This document shows, in pieces, positions 40,270 through 50,552 of a stretch of DNA of 64,000 nucleotides. Made by a program: the position numbers and the translations under genes. Within the stretch, counting starts at the first letter, position 1; every line of letters begins with the position of its first letter. Origin of the DNA: Candidatus Cloacimonadales bacterium (GTDB taxonomy: Bacteria > Cloacimonadota > Cloacimonadia > Cloacimonadales > DAONDQ01). The stretch is taken from the NCBI GenBank assembly GCA_963662275.1, contig OY759316.1, positions 3,360,001-3,424,000 of the forward strand, given 5' to 3'. The notes beneath the pieces are model-generated. The model ran no database searches, was not told the DNA's origin, and worked only from the letters and a program-made list of their open reading frames with translations.

Positions 40270-41160
40270 ATGAAAACAGCCAAACTGATTATAGTCGCTC
40301 TAATGATGTTGCTTTGCCTGGTATCTATTCTGCAAGCGAAAGTGAACGTTAATGTAACTCCTAGTAAACTGGATTTGAATAATCCTGATCAGTATCTTGA
40401 TGCTTTCATGAAAACCAGGGGTTCTCTTGACGGTACACCTGTCGTGTATCATTGGACGGGTGAAGTATATAGCTTCATACCAGGTCAGGCAAAGAAGAGC
40501 CTGTTTCGTTTTGAAGGTTTCAATATTGCTAAAACGAATAAAGTTGAAGGCGGTTATGAGCTTCTAACACGTGAAGCTGCTTTCTATGAAGATTTGAAAA
40601 CAGGAGAGATTATCGAAACCTGGAATAATCCTTTCACTCAAAAAGACGTGAATGTGGTACAGATATGGAATGATCCAGTAAACCAGGATATCTCATTCCC
40701 TCCGGAATACAAATCATATATGAAGAAAATACTGCCATCAGAAGATCTTGGTGATATGATGGTCTTCTATATGGATATTTTTCCCTTCTATGATTCACCA
40801 TTACCGCGAGCTAAGTATCCTCAATATTCACAAAATGACAAATATCAAGCAGCAGAGCTATTCCAGTTCTTTGTTAATAAATCTGATGTTCTTGACCTGA
40901 AGACAGCTTCTGCACCCGCATATATCAGTTGGACGAGGTTCAGTCCCTGGATGCCTTTCATGGAAATGGGTGATGCCCCAGGTAATCTTATGTTTGTATG
41001 CAGGGGTAAGAAATTAGAGAATGGATTTAATGATATGCCATTCAAAATAAAAGAATATGTGAAGGCAAAGCATCCGGAATATATGAATCCACCGGATACT
41101 TTTACAGAACCGAATGAGACAAGTTGGACATATTTTAAAAAGTTAATTGATCAAAAGTAA
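40270..41160 (+). CDS. Exported DUF1838-like protein
   Basis: Signal peptide; WTGEVY...LFRFEGFN...WNDPVN...YQAAELFQF...SWTRFSPWMPFM. Confidence 0.7.
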   Translation: MKTAKLIIVALMMLLCLVSILQAKVNVNVTPSKLDLNNPDQYLDAFMKTRGSLDGTPVVYHWTGEVYSFIPGQAKKSLFRFEGFNIAKTNKVEGGYELLTREAAFYEDLKTGEIIETWNNPFTQKDVNVVQIWNDPVNQDISFPPEYKSYMKKILPSEDLGDMMVFYMDIFPFYDSPLPRAKYPQYSQNDKYQAAELFQFFVNKSDVLDLKTASAPAYISWTRFSPWMPFMEMGDAPGNLMFVCRGKKLENGFNDMPFKIKEYVKAKHPEYMNPPDTFTEPNETSWTYFKKLIDQK

Positions 41161-41184
41161 ACATAGATATCTTTTCAGATATAC

Positions 41185-41211
41185 AAAACCCCGAGTCATC
41201 TCGGGGTTTTT
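41185..41211. terminator. Bidirectional intrinsic terminator
   Basis: AAAACCCCGAG-TCAT-CTCGGGGTTTTT between convergent genes. Confidence 0.85.
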
Positions 41212-41246
41212 CAATATCCAAGGAATTGCTTTGAAAGCAATATAAA

Positions 41247-42899
41247 TTACACGGATTTGTCTTTGCTGATAACCTTCCTGCAGGTATTGATCAATTCATC
41301 AAGAGTAAAGGGTTTTGCAAGGAATGTAAAAGCCCGATTATCAAGGTTGAATATTTTTGTCCTTTCTTCAGAATATCCACTACATAGAATAATTGGGATA
41401 TTATAACCTTTTGCCTGTAATTCCTGGAGAAAATCATCTCCTGTACCATCAGGCAGGATAAAGTCACTAAGAACAAGATCGAAACCTGCTGGCTCACTCT
41501 TCAGTAAAGCACGTGCCTGTTGAAGATTGGAAGCACGAAAAACTTTATATTGATAATGAGTAAGAACTTCTGTTGCAAATTCGCCCACTTGCTCATCATC
41601 CTCGACGAACAAAATTCTTTCACCTTGACTTACATTTTCAGCAGAATCAGCATATTTACATTTTTCTTCATGAATTTCTTCCAATTGTGCCGGATAATAT
41701 ACATGGAAGGTACTTCCTTTGCCTAATTGGGTTTCTAACTTAATGAACCCCTCATTAGCACGTATCACTGAATACACAGTAGCTAATCCCAAACCAGTGC
41801 CTTCTCCCTTTTCCTTGGTAGTGAAGAACGGTTCAAATATACGGTTTTTAATCTCATCAGAAATACCGGTACCAGTATCAGATACTGAAATGCGGATAAA
41901 ATTACCCGGATAAGAATCCACTACTTGAGGAAAATCACCTTCCTGCACAATCACATTTGATGTTGAAATCCTGATCTTACCACCTTTAGGCATAGCATCC
42001 CTGGCATTAATTACCAGGTTCATAATCATTTGTTCTATTTGCGTCTCATCCGCTTTAATAGCCCAAGCCTTTTCTGCAAGTTGAAGTTCAAGCGCAATAT
42101 CTTCTCCTATCAGTCGTGATAGCATTTTATTCATATTTTCCACAATATTATTAATACTCGTAGGTTTAGTTTCAATTTCTTGCTTACGACTAAATAATAG
42201 AAGTTGCCGAGTGAGAGCAGATGCTCTTTTACCTGATGAGAGTATAATATTTAAACTTCGTTTGAGTGCATCATTTTGTTCATGAAATTGCAGCAATATC
42301 TCAGTGTGACCATTAATCACCTGGAGAATGTTATTAAAATCATGAGCTATCCCTGAAGCCAACTGCCCAATGATTTCCATCTTACGAGATTGATCGACAT
42401 GCAAACGCAATTTCTGAATTTCACTCACATCTTGCCATATTTCAAGAATATAACGACTTCCTCCAGCCTGGTTCAAGACCGGAATGGCATAGACTTGGAA
42501 ATGCTGAAGTTCTGTTCCAGATTGACTTTGATAGAAACTACTATGAATTTTATGATCAAGAACAGCAGCTACAGAGGGAGAATTTTCAAATTTATTACTA
42601 CTACTATCAATTTGGCTTAATTTCATGGAAAGGGACTGCTGACCTTTTTTTAAATATGGAAACCATGTGATCATGTTTGAATTCCAAGAAATTATCTTCA
42701 ATTCTGTGCTGATCTTAATGACGCCAATTCCTAATCCATCCAGAAGCTGATTTCTTAACATCTCCTGGATATCAAGATCTGCACTCATCTTCACATTACG
42801 TCGATAGAGAATAAAACATGCTAAAAGGAGCAGCAAGAAAACGCAAATACCCAGTAGTTGTATTAATAGTTCTCTAGTATCCATATTGAGGAATTGCAT
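41247..42899 (-). CDS. Membrane-anchored hybrid histidine kinase (TM-PAS-like-HisKA-HATPase-REC)
   Basis: GQLASGIAHDFNN, NLVINARDAM, IFEPFFTTK, GTGLGL, receiver; start reassigned to ATG after AGGAG. Confidence 0.92.
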   Translation of the reverse strand: MQFLNMDTRELLIQLLGICVFLLLLLACFILYRRNVKMSADLDIQEMLRNQLLDGLGIGVIKISTELKIISWNSNMITWFPYLKKGQQSLSMKLSQIDSSSNKFENSPSVAAVLDHKIHSSFYQSQSGTELQHFQVYAIPVLNQAGGSRYILEIWQDVSEIQKLRLHVDQSRKMEIIGQLASGIAHDFNNILQVINGHTEILLQFHEQNDALKRSLNIILSSGKRASALTRQLLLFSRKQEIETKPTSINNIVENMNKMLSRLIGEDIALELQLAEKAWAIKADETQIEQMIMNLVINARDAMPKGGKIRISTSNVIVQEGDFPQVVDSYPGNFIRISVSDTGTGISDEIKNRIFEPFFTTKEKGEGTGLGLATVYSVIRANEGFIKLETQLGKGSTFHVYYPAQLEEIHEEKCKYADSAENVSQGERILFVEDDEQVGEFATEVLTHYQYKVFRASNLQQARALLKSEPAGFDLVLSDFILPDGTGDDFLQELQAKGYNIPIILCSGYSEERTKIFNLDNRAFTFLAKPFTLDELINTCRKVISKDKSV

Positions 42900-43246
42900 G
42901 ACAATGCTCCTTATACAAATCTTTTGTTTGTATATATGAAAGTTACATAATCTTGTCAAAAGAATTTTTCCTTGCTATGATATCTTGTACAAAATCGAAT
43001 AAGACTAAGGTAAAATCTCCTCCTGCTGAGGCTACTGCTTTTAGTATAATCAGCATCTTTGCATTCTACTGATTAGTCTTAGATTTAGCCCCAGAAATAT
43101 GGGTCTTCTCTGCTTTGTATATTAATCCTTGACCATATTCTTATCGATGGAAATTTTCTTTTTATCTCGTTATAGATGTATGAATTCAATATCGATGGGA
43201 AGATTTCACATCCGAATTGATTCAATATTAATTTACAGGAGTCCAC

Positions 43247-44035
43247 ATGCGTAATAAGAATACTTTCCTGCTCCTGCTGATCATTCTTGTATTTGGATGT
43301 ACTAAAGAGGATAATCGCAAAGCAGATCATATAGTATCACAACCTGCGAAACAACCTGTTTATTTCATGGCAGGAAAGATAGAAGCCAGGAATAAAGTAG
43401 ATGTAACTTCGTCCTTTTCGGCAACTATTCTTCATCTAAATGCAAGGATTGGTGATCATGTTAAGAAAGGAGAGACACTGCTTTCTCTCGATCGGAAAGA
43501 AATCCAGGCTCAATTGATGAGTCTTCAGAAGTCCTATGATAATGCAAAACTGAATTTTGATAGAACAAGTAATCTCATGGAGAAAGGCTATGTTTCAGGA
43601 CAGCAGCAGGAAACATTGGAGTCACAGGTAAAACAAACAAAGGCTGCCTTAGAAGTTGCCACAATCCAAATGGAAAAAGGAACGATAGACTCTCCCATTG
43701 ATGGTATTGTCAGTGCAGTCAATGTAAATGAAGGAGAAACGCCTTCAAATAATACTGTTTTGCTTTCCATTGTCAATTCAAGTCACATCTACGTGAAAGC
43801 GTATATACCGGAAAGCTTGCTCTCCAGGATAGTGAAAGGTTTGAAAGTAGAACTCCTGATTTCTGAGAATTCAGATCATCTCTATCATGGAGTGATCTCT
43901 ATGATTGACCCTGTCATTGATTCAAAAAGCAAAACCGCGTTGGTGGAAATTGAAGCTATAGATTTTGATCAATACGTTAAACTGGGTATGATGGTACTTG
44001 TCGGTACTGTAAGCAATAGGAGTAAGGATCAATGA
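43247..44035 (+). CDS. Efflux periplasmic adaptor (membrane fusion) lipoprotein
   Basis: Lipobox VFGC; GDHVKKGETLL; IDSPIDGIV. Confidence 0.85.
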   Translation: MRNKNTFLLLLIILVFGCTKEDNRKADHIVSQPAKQPVYFMAGKIEARNKVDVTSSFSATILHLNARIGDHVKKGETLLSLDRKEIQAQLMSLQKSYDNAKLNFDRTSNLMEKGYVSGQQQETLESQVKQTKAALEVATIQMEKGTIDSPIDGIVSAVNVNEGETPSNNTVLLSIVNSSHIYVKAYIPESLLSRIVKGLKVELLISENSDHLYHGVISMIDPVIDSKSKTALVEIEAIDFDQYVKLGMMVLVGTVSNRSKDQ

Positions 44036-44685
44036 AGGAAAATCGTAAACAGGTAATCTTTGTCATTCTTGTTGTCATGCTGGTGGCAATTATTGGTGTC
44101 GTGATATACTACTGGTACAATAATTCTTATTATATTTCCACTGATGATGCGAAAGTCGCAGGTACATTGGTCAAGATCAGTCCCAGTGCAACAGGTAAGA
44201 TAGTCGATCTTTTCTTTGAGGAAGGTGATTATGTGGAACAGAATCAGATATTGGGAAGATTGGATGTCTTGAACCTGCAAGATCAAAATATCGAACAATC
44301 ACTCGTCAGGTCGCCGATTAGTGGGGTTATCCTTAAGAAAAGCTGTACGGTGGGTGAGATCATCTCAACAGGGCAAATCCTGGCTTATATGACTGATCCG
44401 AAGAAGTTTTATGTGTTAGCGAATATCGAAGAGACAAAGCTAAAAAAACTTCATACAGGTCAGTATGTGAATATCAGGATTGATCAATACAAGGGCAAGA
44501 AACTGACAGGTTACGTGAATAGTGTCGGAGATGCTGCAAACTCTGTTTTTTCTCTCTTACCATCCTCTTCAGGTGCCAGTTTTACGAAGACAGTTCAGAA
44601 GATACCGGTGCATATCAATATTGATCCAAATCAGCTTGAATTGGTCAATGGAACGAATGCTTACGTAAAAATTCATATCCGCTAA
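44032..44685 (+). CDS. Short EmrA/HlyD-family adaptor
   Basis: N-terminal TM, YISTDDA, VRSPISG, ANIEET, FSLLP...FTKTVQKIPV. Confidence 0.88.
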   Translation: MKENRKQVIFVILVVMLVAIIGVVIYYWYNNSYYISTDDAKVAGTLVKISPSATGKIVDLFFEEGDYVEQNQILGRLDVLNLQDQNIEQSLVRSPISGVILKKSCTVGEIISTGQILAYMTDPKKFYVLANIEETKLKKLHTGQYVNIRIDQYKGKKLTGYVNSVGDAANSVFSLLPSSSGASFTKTVQKIPVHINIDPNQLELVNGTNAYVKIHIR

Positions 44686-44704
44686 CTGCATAACCGGATC
44701 CGGA

Positions 44705-46318
44705 ATGTTATCCAAAAAAGTTATCTCCGCAGCGAAAGGTGATTCCTTCTATATGTGGACTGCTATGTCCGTTGTCATCATCGGTACATTCATGGCGATA
44801 TTGGATAGCGCTATCGTGAACACCGCTATTCCGAAAATGATGGCTGTATTCGAAGTATCCGTAGATAAGGCTCGTTGGATCATCACCAGCTATACACTAA
44901 CATTAGGAGCCGTGATTCCTTTAACCGGTTACCTGGTAGACCGATTCAGCTCTAAAAAAGTATACATCTTTGCCCTGGCTGCTTTTACTTTAGGATCAAT
45001 GTTATGCGGTTTATCCTGGAGCAATTCCTCCATGATAGTATTCCGCATTATCCAAGGCTTGGGCGGTGGTATTATCATGCCGGTCAGCATGGTCATTCTT
45101 TATGAAGTAGTCCCAATGAATAAAAGAGGTATGGCACTTGGCTTATGGGGTATTGCAGCAATGGCAGCTCCAACGATCGGACCAACCTTAAGCGGTTACA
45201 TCATCGATTACCTGGATTGGCGGTTGATCTTTACAATCAACATTCCCATCGGTGTCCTGGGCGTAATCATGTCTTCTGTCCTGTTGAGAGAAAACCCGAA
45301 GAAAACAGGTAAACAATTCGATATTATCGGCTTTCTCAGTTCCACAGTCGGAATTGTCTTCTGTCTCTATCTACTCGGCGAAAGCTCTTCCCTGGATTGG
45401 AAGGATATCAAAAACATATTAATGCTAATTACCGGTGTTTTTAGTTTACTTATTTTTGTTGTGAATGAACTGTCTCATCCAAACCCATTACTTGACCTTC
45501 GGCTTTTAAAGATATTTCCTTTCACTTTGAGTATTGTGATCACAAGTGTCCTGAATATGGGCTTGTTTGGTGTGATCTTCATCATGCCCTTGTTTTTACA
45601 AAGCCTGATGGGTTGCACACCCATGCAGTCAGGAATGATCATGTTTCCCAGCGCTATCGTCATGGGGATATGTATGGCTGTTGGAGGAAGGCTGTTCGAC
45701 AAGATTGGAGCCAGACCGCTGGTCATTCCGGGAAGTATTTTACTGACTATAGCCACTTATGAATTGTCTAAACTGAGCTTGGATACCTCTGTAAGCGCTA
45801 TCGTCATTCTTCTTATGCTCAGGTCGTTTGCCCTCGGCTTTACCACTATGCCGATATCCACCTATGGACTAAACGCTGTTCCTCTCCCCTTAGTTGCCAG
45901 GGCTTCAGCTCTCTCAAACACAATACGGCAAGTCTCAAGTTCTTTGAGTGTTACTGTTCTCACTGCGATCATGCTGCATACACAGAATGCCAAATATGCT
46001 CTATATGCAGCGGATTCCACTACCTTTAATCCGGCAACGACTTCATATCTGACTTACTTTCAGAATATTTTCATGCAAAACGGCTTAACTCAGGGAAATG
46101 CTTCTGCAGCATCACAAACTATGCTTTTCAGTACGATACAGCGTCAGACTTTTATGGATAGCATCACTGCCACACTTGTTGCTTCCACCATCTTTGCATT
46201 GGTAGCAATTCCCATGGTATTCCTGATTAAAGGCAAGAAACAAGCGGATTTAGCACAGCCAAAACATGTGCCTATGGCAGCAAATCTGGAAAGTATTAAT
46301 ATGGAAGACAATGCATAG
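44705..46318 (+). CDS. DHA2 (EmrB/QacA) MFS efflux permease
   Basis: FMAILDSAIVN, FRIIQGLGGG, APTIGPTLSG, WRLIFTINIPIG, PLLDLRL. Confidence 0.93.
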   Translation: MLSKKVISAAKGDSFYMWTAMSVVIIGTFMAILDSAIVNTAIPKMMAVFEVSVDKARWIITSYTLTLGAVIPLTGYLVDRFSSKKVYIFALAAFTLGSMLCGLSWSNSSMIVFRIIQGLGGGIIMPVSMVILYEVVPMNKRGMALGLWGIAAMAAPTIGPTLSGYIIDYLDWRLIFTINIPIGVLGVIMSSVLLRENPKKTGKQFDIIGFLSSTVGIVFCLYLLGESSSLDWKDIKNILMLITGVFSLLIFVVNELSHPNPLLDLRLLKIFPFTLSIVITSVLNMGLFGVIFIMPLFLQSLMGCTPMQSGMIMFPSAIVMGICMAVGGRLFDKIGARPLVIPGSILLTIATYELSKLSLDTSVSAIVILLMLRSFALGFTTMPISTYGLNAVPLPLVARASALSNTIRQVSSSLSVTVLTAIMLHTQNAKYALYAADSTTFNPATTSYLTYFQNIFMQNGLTQGNASAASQTMLFSTIQRQTFMDSITATLVASTIFALVAIPMVFLIKGKKQADLAQPKHVPMAANLESINMEDNA

Positions 46319-46327
46319 AGGGGAGAA

Positions 46328-46392
46328 GGTGCTAGGTGCTAGGGGTTAGGTGCTAGGTGTTAGGGGTTAGGTACTAGGTGCTAAGTGTTAGG
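46328..46392. repeat. Heptamer tandem repeat (GGTGCTA-like, about 9 units)
   Basis: GGTGCTA/GGGGTTA/GGTGTTA units; similar 7-mers at 32621-32647, 32801-32834, 48342-48385. Confidence 0.8.
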
Positions 46393-46400
46393 TATTCCAC

Positions 46401-46749
46401 TTAATACAGATAAATCTCCTGTTTTCGATAATTGATACTGCACTTTTGCTTGGAAAGGAAAGGATACCCGAGTAATCCATCTATCTTCACGTGATAACCA
46501 TCTCGAAGATCTGATATATCCGAGAAGGCTGTTTTCATATCTGCAAAATCAAGTTTATTGATCTGCAAGGATTTCAAATTACCTACTGTAACTATAGTAA
46601 AACCCTTATTTGCACCGGCAAGTGTATCGACTGCTGTGCTATCCAGAAACTCTGACAGTTACTTCAGGAGGAATGCTCTTGCTTTTTGCCAGGCACATAC
46701 AAAAGACAAAAAGAAAACTAATTATGATGATAGTTTTTAGCGTTTTCAT
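46401..46749 (-). pseudogene. Internally deleted retropepsin-like aspartic protease
   Basis: Hand translation: ATG 46749 signal peptide MKTLKTIIIISFLFVFCMCLA stops after 36 aa; another frame gives ...IDGLLGYPFLSKQKCSINYRKQEIYLY* to 46401; no catalytic D(T/S)G left. Confidence 0.65.
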
Positions 46750-47399
46750 TTTTTCTCACTCAGTTTGAATTTGATCGGGATGTTGACTGTCATTGGATTA
46801 GATGCTTCAAATCGCCACTGCTTGATTGCCTCAACAGCGGCTAATGAAAACTTATCTGTTTTCATCTTTTCAGCATTTGCTTTCATGATTTGTTTACCAT
46901 TTTCCTGTTTATTCATTACCAGGTGCTTTGGAATAGCAGTTTTAACAGTTCCGTCCTGGTTGATTTTGACTTCCATCATAACAGATGCTTCCCAGCCTTC
47001 GATGCGATAACTCTCAGGATAGATTGGTGCTACTTGGTAAATAACTTTGGGGGACTTTGTCTGAATAAATTTATCCGACTTTTTGTTTTCATTGGTCTTC
47101 AATGGCAGAGCTTCTTTCAACTCCTTTTTTTCTCCAGGTGTCTGCTTTGCTGCACTATTCTGACAAAGCAAATCTTGAGGATTGTCAATATTTCGAAGTT
47201 CTCCATTTTGAAAAGTTAGTACTTTGATTCTACCTGGCTGGTTAATCAAACTATTCAAATTAGTATCTGATGCACTCATCTCTACCTTGGGAAGGATTAT
47301 AGAATCCGGTTGAAAGCTTTGGCTGTAAGCACTCATGATGAAAAGAGTAGTCAGAATAAAGACCATAGCAAGTTTTTGCCATAAACTAAGTCTGGGCAT
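46746..47399 (-). CDS. TonB C-terminal domain protein (3' remnant of an M56/BlaR1-TonB fusion)
   Basis: PIYPES...EASVMMEVKINQDGTV...AAVEAIKQWRFE...IPIKFKL; in-frame upstream NHLKERVFQLL. Confidence 0.8.
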   Translation of the reverse strand: MPRLSLWQKLAMVFILTTLFIMSAYSQSFQPDSIILPKVEMSASDTNLNSLINQPGRIKVLTFQNGELRNIDNPQDLLCQNSAAKQTPGEKKELKEALPLKTNENKKSDKFIQTKSPKVIYQVAPIYPESYRIEGWEASVMMEVKINQDGTVKTAIPKHLVMNKQENGKQIMKANAEKMKTDKFSLAAVEAIKQWRFEASNPMTVNIPIKFKLSEKK

Positions 47400-47504
47400 G
47401 ATAATCTCCTTGAGTTTGAGTAATTGAAAAACACGTTCCTTCAGATGATTCTGTAATGATAAATGAGTTGATATTCCAAGTCAACCAGAGATGGCTTAAA
47501 TGTG

Positions 47505-47876
47505 TCAACATTGTTTTTCTTCCTGCTTTTTCAATAGCTTTTTAAGTTCCTGCACATCATCCAAAGTCAAATGCGAGGAATCGAAGAGAAAATTCACAAA
47601 TCCAGCAAAGGAACCTGAGAATGCATTCTGCACGATAGAACCGAGAGATTCTTTTATCATCTCCTCTTTTAAGACGGCAGCCCGATACAAATTGAGTGGT
47701 CCTATCTTTCTCTTTTCCAAAAGACCTTTAGCAGCCATCCGTTCCAAATATGTCTGTACTGTTGTAATTGCTTTAGAAGGAATCAAAACTGAATGAATAT
47801 CACGAGCTGTCATTTCCTCTTTCTGCCAGATGATTTCCATGATTTGCCATTCATTTTTACTCACATTACTTCTCAT
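47505..47876 (-). CDS. BlaI/MecI/CopY-family repressor
   Basis: EWQIMEIIW...TTVQTYLERMAAKGLL...FSGSF...F. Confidence 0.92.
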   Translation of the reverse strand: MRSNVSKNEWQIMEIIWQKEEMTARDIHSVLIPSKAITTVQTYLERMAAKGLLEKRKIGPLNLYRAAVLKEEMIKESLGSIVQNAFSGSFAGFVNFLFDSSHLTLDDVQELKKLLKKQEEKQC

Positions 47877-47887
47877 ATAACCTCTCA

Positions 47888-47901
47888 ACTACATGTGTAG
47901 T
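47888..47901. promoter_or_regulatory. BlaI/CopY-type operator (TACA-NN-TGTA)
   Basis: ACTACA-TG-TGTAGT just upstream of the repressor RBS; minus-strand TTGACA at 47924-47929. Confidence 0.8.
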
Positions 47902-47957
47902 AAAGAAACGAGCGCTGTAGTTCTGTCAAGCTTTTTTTCCCTTTTTCTTTGAATACA

Positions 47958-48018
47958 GTAGAGACGCCCAACTAGGGCGTCTCCCCAACAAGGGCGTCTC
48001 CCCAACAAGGGCGTCTCT
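47958..48018 (+). repeat. GTAG-type REP with tandem 17-bp duplications
   Basis: GTAGAGACGCCC-AACTA-GGGCGTCTC then CCCAACAAGGGCGTCTC x2. Confidence 0.75.
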
Positions 48019-48049
48019 TGATTGGATTTTGCCCCACTTATATCTTACT

Positions 48050-48235
48050 GAAGGTTACAGCGGACAGATTTCAGCTAACAGGTTCAGAAAAGTGCAGAAA
48101 TGCAGATGGAAGCCATATAGAATACACTTGGAACAAAAGAAAAAAAGAATAGGGAAACAACAAGAACAAAACAGAAACACAACCGCAGGAACGTGCGGTT
48201 CTACTGCGGTAGTCCTGCGGTGGTGCTGCGGTTCT
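48050..48235 (+). repeat. Dispersed element copy C (11-bp-phased GCGGT cores)
   Basis: TGCGGT at 48194, 48205, 48216, 48227; second shared block GAAG.TTACAGCGGACAG...TAACAGGTTCAGA at 48050-48088. Confidence 0.75.
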
Positions 48236-48651
48236 GGTGGGGTGGTTTTATTTGTGGAAATCATGACAGATAGTAAATTGAATCTGCTCTGCTTTTCGTG
48301 TGTTTAGTGTGTTTCGTGGTTTAAGTCTGCTCTTTCTTCCCCTGTTCGCTGTTCGCTGTCCGCTGTCCGCTGTTCGCTATTCGCTTCTGAAATGGGAGAG
48401 TTTGATTCCATGACAATGTAACATACATTGGCAATGTGTTGTAACCGGTAATGGTATTGCCGGATAATGCTTGAATCGGAGAATGGCAATCCCCACGTGC
48501 AACAGAGTGCCACTCTATGTTACGACCCGAGGTTGCAAACCATCGGGGAAAACATGATACAATCATATGTTACAATGCAAATCCTGCAGGGATGAAAGAT
48601 GATCAGCCCATAGCGTGAGCTATGGGAAACCGATTACCACCCACCTTCAGA

Positions 48652-50545
48652 GGAGGTGTCCCGTAACTAGCATTAATCTATTTGCTTATTTTGTAAAATA
48701 TATGATTGTTTTTAGATGTACACTAAATTACTCAATAGTTTCCGAAAAGCGATGCAAAGACAAGGAAAATGGAGTAATATTTACCTAATTCATGTTTGAA
48801 TTCTGGTAGGAAGAGTCTTCATTAGGCTTTTCCTTCAGTATTTTGTAAGTGTAGAAACATTTTCCCTATATTATGTCCTAAAAAGAGGAGGGATAACTGT
48901 TCCTTGCATTTTCTCAATGAACGGACAGTAAATCTCTCAAACTTCCTGTTCCACTTCATGAAAGCAAATACAGCCTCCGGTTCGATGCCTCTTTGCTTTC
49001 TCAGCTTGTCGCCTTTTTCAGAAAGCAGATTATTGACGGTCTGACGTTTTAGGGGAGCTATATGAGGATCGTAGGTCAGCAATTTATGAGTTTTATCCTT
49101 GTAGGGAATACACTTTTTATTGTGAGGACATTCTATGCAGTCATTACATATATAGGTTTTCACGATTCGTTTCGGACCGTTCTTCTCTGTCTCTTCTTCC
49201 TTGATTTTGACCAGTCTCCGATTAAATTGACAGCCCCACTCATCATGCTCCTCATCATAGCTAAAGCCTGTCAGAAGAGAGTCCCGATAATCTCTCTTAT
49301 AATCCTGGGTCTTGAGATAGCTTGTTATCTCTTTTTCAGCAGCATAATTCAAATTCAGCGCAGTGCCATAGGCAGCATCTCCAACAACGTCGGTAGGATA
49401 TTGTCCCAATTCATCATGCATTTGCTCCATGAGATTGGGAAATTCAACGGTTTCTTTAGGGATATTGAATAAGTGAATGCCTGTGACAAATTGCTCTGAA
49501 GTTCCGATACTGGCAACATAACCCGGTGCCAGCTGTCCATTTTTCAATCGCATAAATGTGGCATCATTATCAGTCTTGGATGTGCTGCTGCGTCCTTCTC
49601 CAATTATCTCAAGCTGTTGCTCATATTTCTCCAGCTTAGTTATATCATTGCTCTTTGATTTGGAGATTTCGCGCAAAAGAGATTTGATTTTCTTGATAGC
49701 CCGAGTATCTGACGGATGATTTTTCTGTAGTCGGGACATTGCTTCTTTCAGCTTGTTTTCTGCTGAGACCAGTCTATCTCTGATCTGTTCAGATGCGACT
49801 GTAGCAGTTTTCTCTGATTCAACCGCATGCAATTGCTCACCAAGCTCAAGAAGATCAGCGGTTCCATATTGCTGTTGCTCTTCCTGATTATATTCCTCGA
49901 TCTTTTTAAACAATCCCTCAACTCGTGTCTTGACCAGTTCCTGATAACGAAGCGCATTGCTTTTCCAGATGTAGGAATTCTTGCCGGCATTTGCGTGAAT
50001 CGTCGTCCCGTCAACAAAACAGGTGTCGAGATCAAGATATCCTAATGATGATGCTTTCAGTACTACCTGATAAAATACATCAATAAGAATATCAGAACAC
50101 TTAGTCCAGGCAAAGGTGTTGATCGTTCTGAAATCAGGTTCCTGTTCTCCTGCCAGCCAGATAAAATTGATGTTCTCCCGAACAGCCTTAGCTATCTTCC
50201 GACAGGTATAAATACCATTGATATAGGCGTATACAATGATCTTCAACATCATCTTGGGATGATAAGCAGGTGTACCTTCATCAGAGTATCTTGAGTATAG
50301 CTCAGTTAAGTCCAGTTGCTCAATGATATCGTTAACATAACGAACCATATGTTTGGGGGGTATTTTTTCGCTTATATTAAGCCCGAAAAGAGTACCCTGA
50401 TCCGGGTTGTGTTCTCTGAAATTCATAGTGTCTCTCTATACTTAGTTTTTAAAGGCAATAATACACCATAGAACAATATGTCAAGATATATAACTAATTA
50501 TTTAATAGTTGCTATTTTTCTATCATTTAGTTTCGGGACATCTCC
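48652..50545 (-). mobile_element. IS1182-family insertion sequence
   Basis: 18-bp terminal IR GGAGGTGTCCCGTAACTA / GGAGATGTCCCGAAACTA (2 mismatches) flanking the transposase; no clear target duplication. Confidence 0.85.
48822..50426 (-). CDS. IS1182-family transposase
   Basis: PAYHPKMMLK, PDFRTIN, VDGTTIHANA, SKTDNDATFM, GDAAYG, IEPEAVF. Confidence 0.93.
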   Translation of the reverse strand: MNFREHNPDQGTLFGLNISEKIPPKHMVRYVNDIIEQLDLTELYSRYSDEGTPAYHPKMMLKIIVYAYINGIYTCRKIAKAVRENINFIWLAGEQEPDFRTINTFAWTKCSDILIDVFYQVVLKASSLGYLDLDTCFVDGTTIHANAGKNSYIWKSNALRYQELVKTRVEGLFKKIEEYNQEEQQQYGTADLLELGEQLHAVESEKTATVASEQIRDRLVSAENKLKEAMSRLQKNHPSDTRAIKKIKSLLREISKSKSNDITKLEKYEQQLEIIGEGRSSTSKTDNDATFMRLKNGQLAPGYVASIGTSEQFVTGIHLFNIPKETVEFPNLMEQMHDELGQYPTDVVGDAAYGTALNLNYAAEKEITSYLKTQDYKRDYRDSLLTGFSYDEEHDEWGCQFNRRLVKIKEEETEKNGPKRIVKTYICNDCIECPHNKKCIPYKDKTHKLLTYDPHIAPLKRQTVNNLLSEKGDKLRKQRGIEPEAVFAFMKWNRKFERFTVRSLRKCKEQLSLLFLGHNIGKMFLHLQNTEGKA

Positions 50546-50552
50546 GACACAG

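Noticed and set aside
48029..48566. Short ORFs 48029..48307, 48055..48264, 48304..48513, 48321..48566 (also 1295..1516, 32387..32578, 32710..32979)
   Set aside because: Overlap repeat elements and heptamer tracts, no RBS or protein motifs
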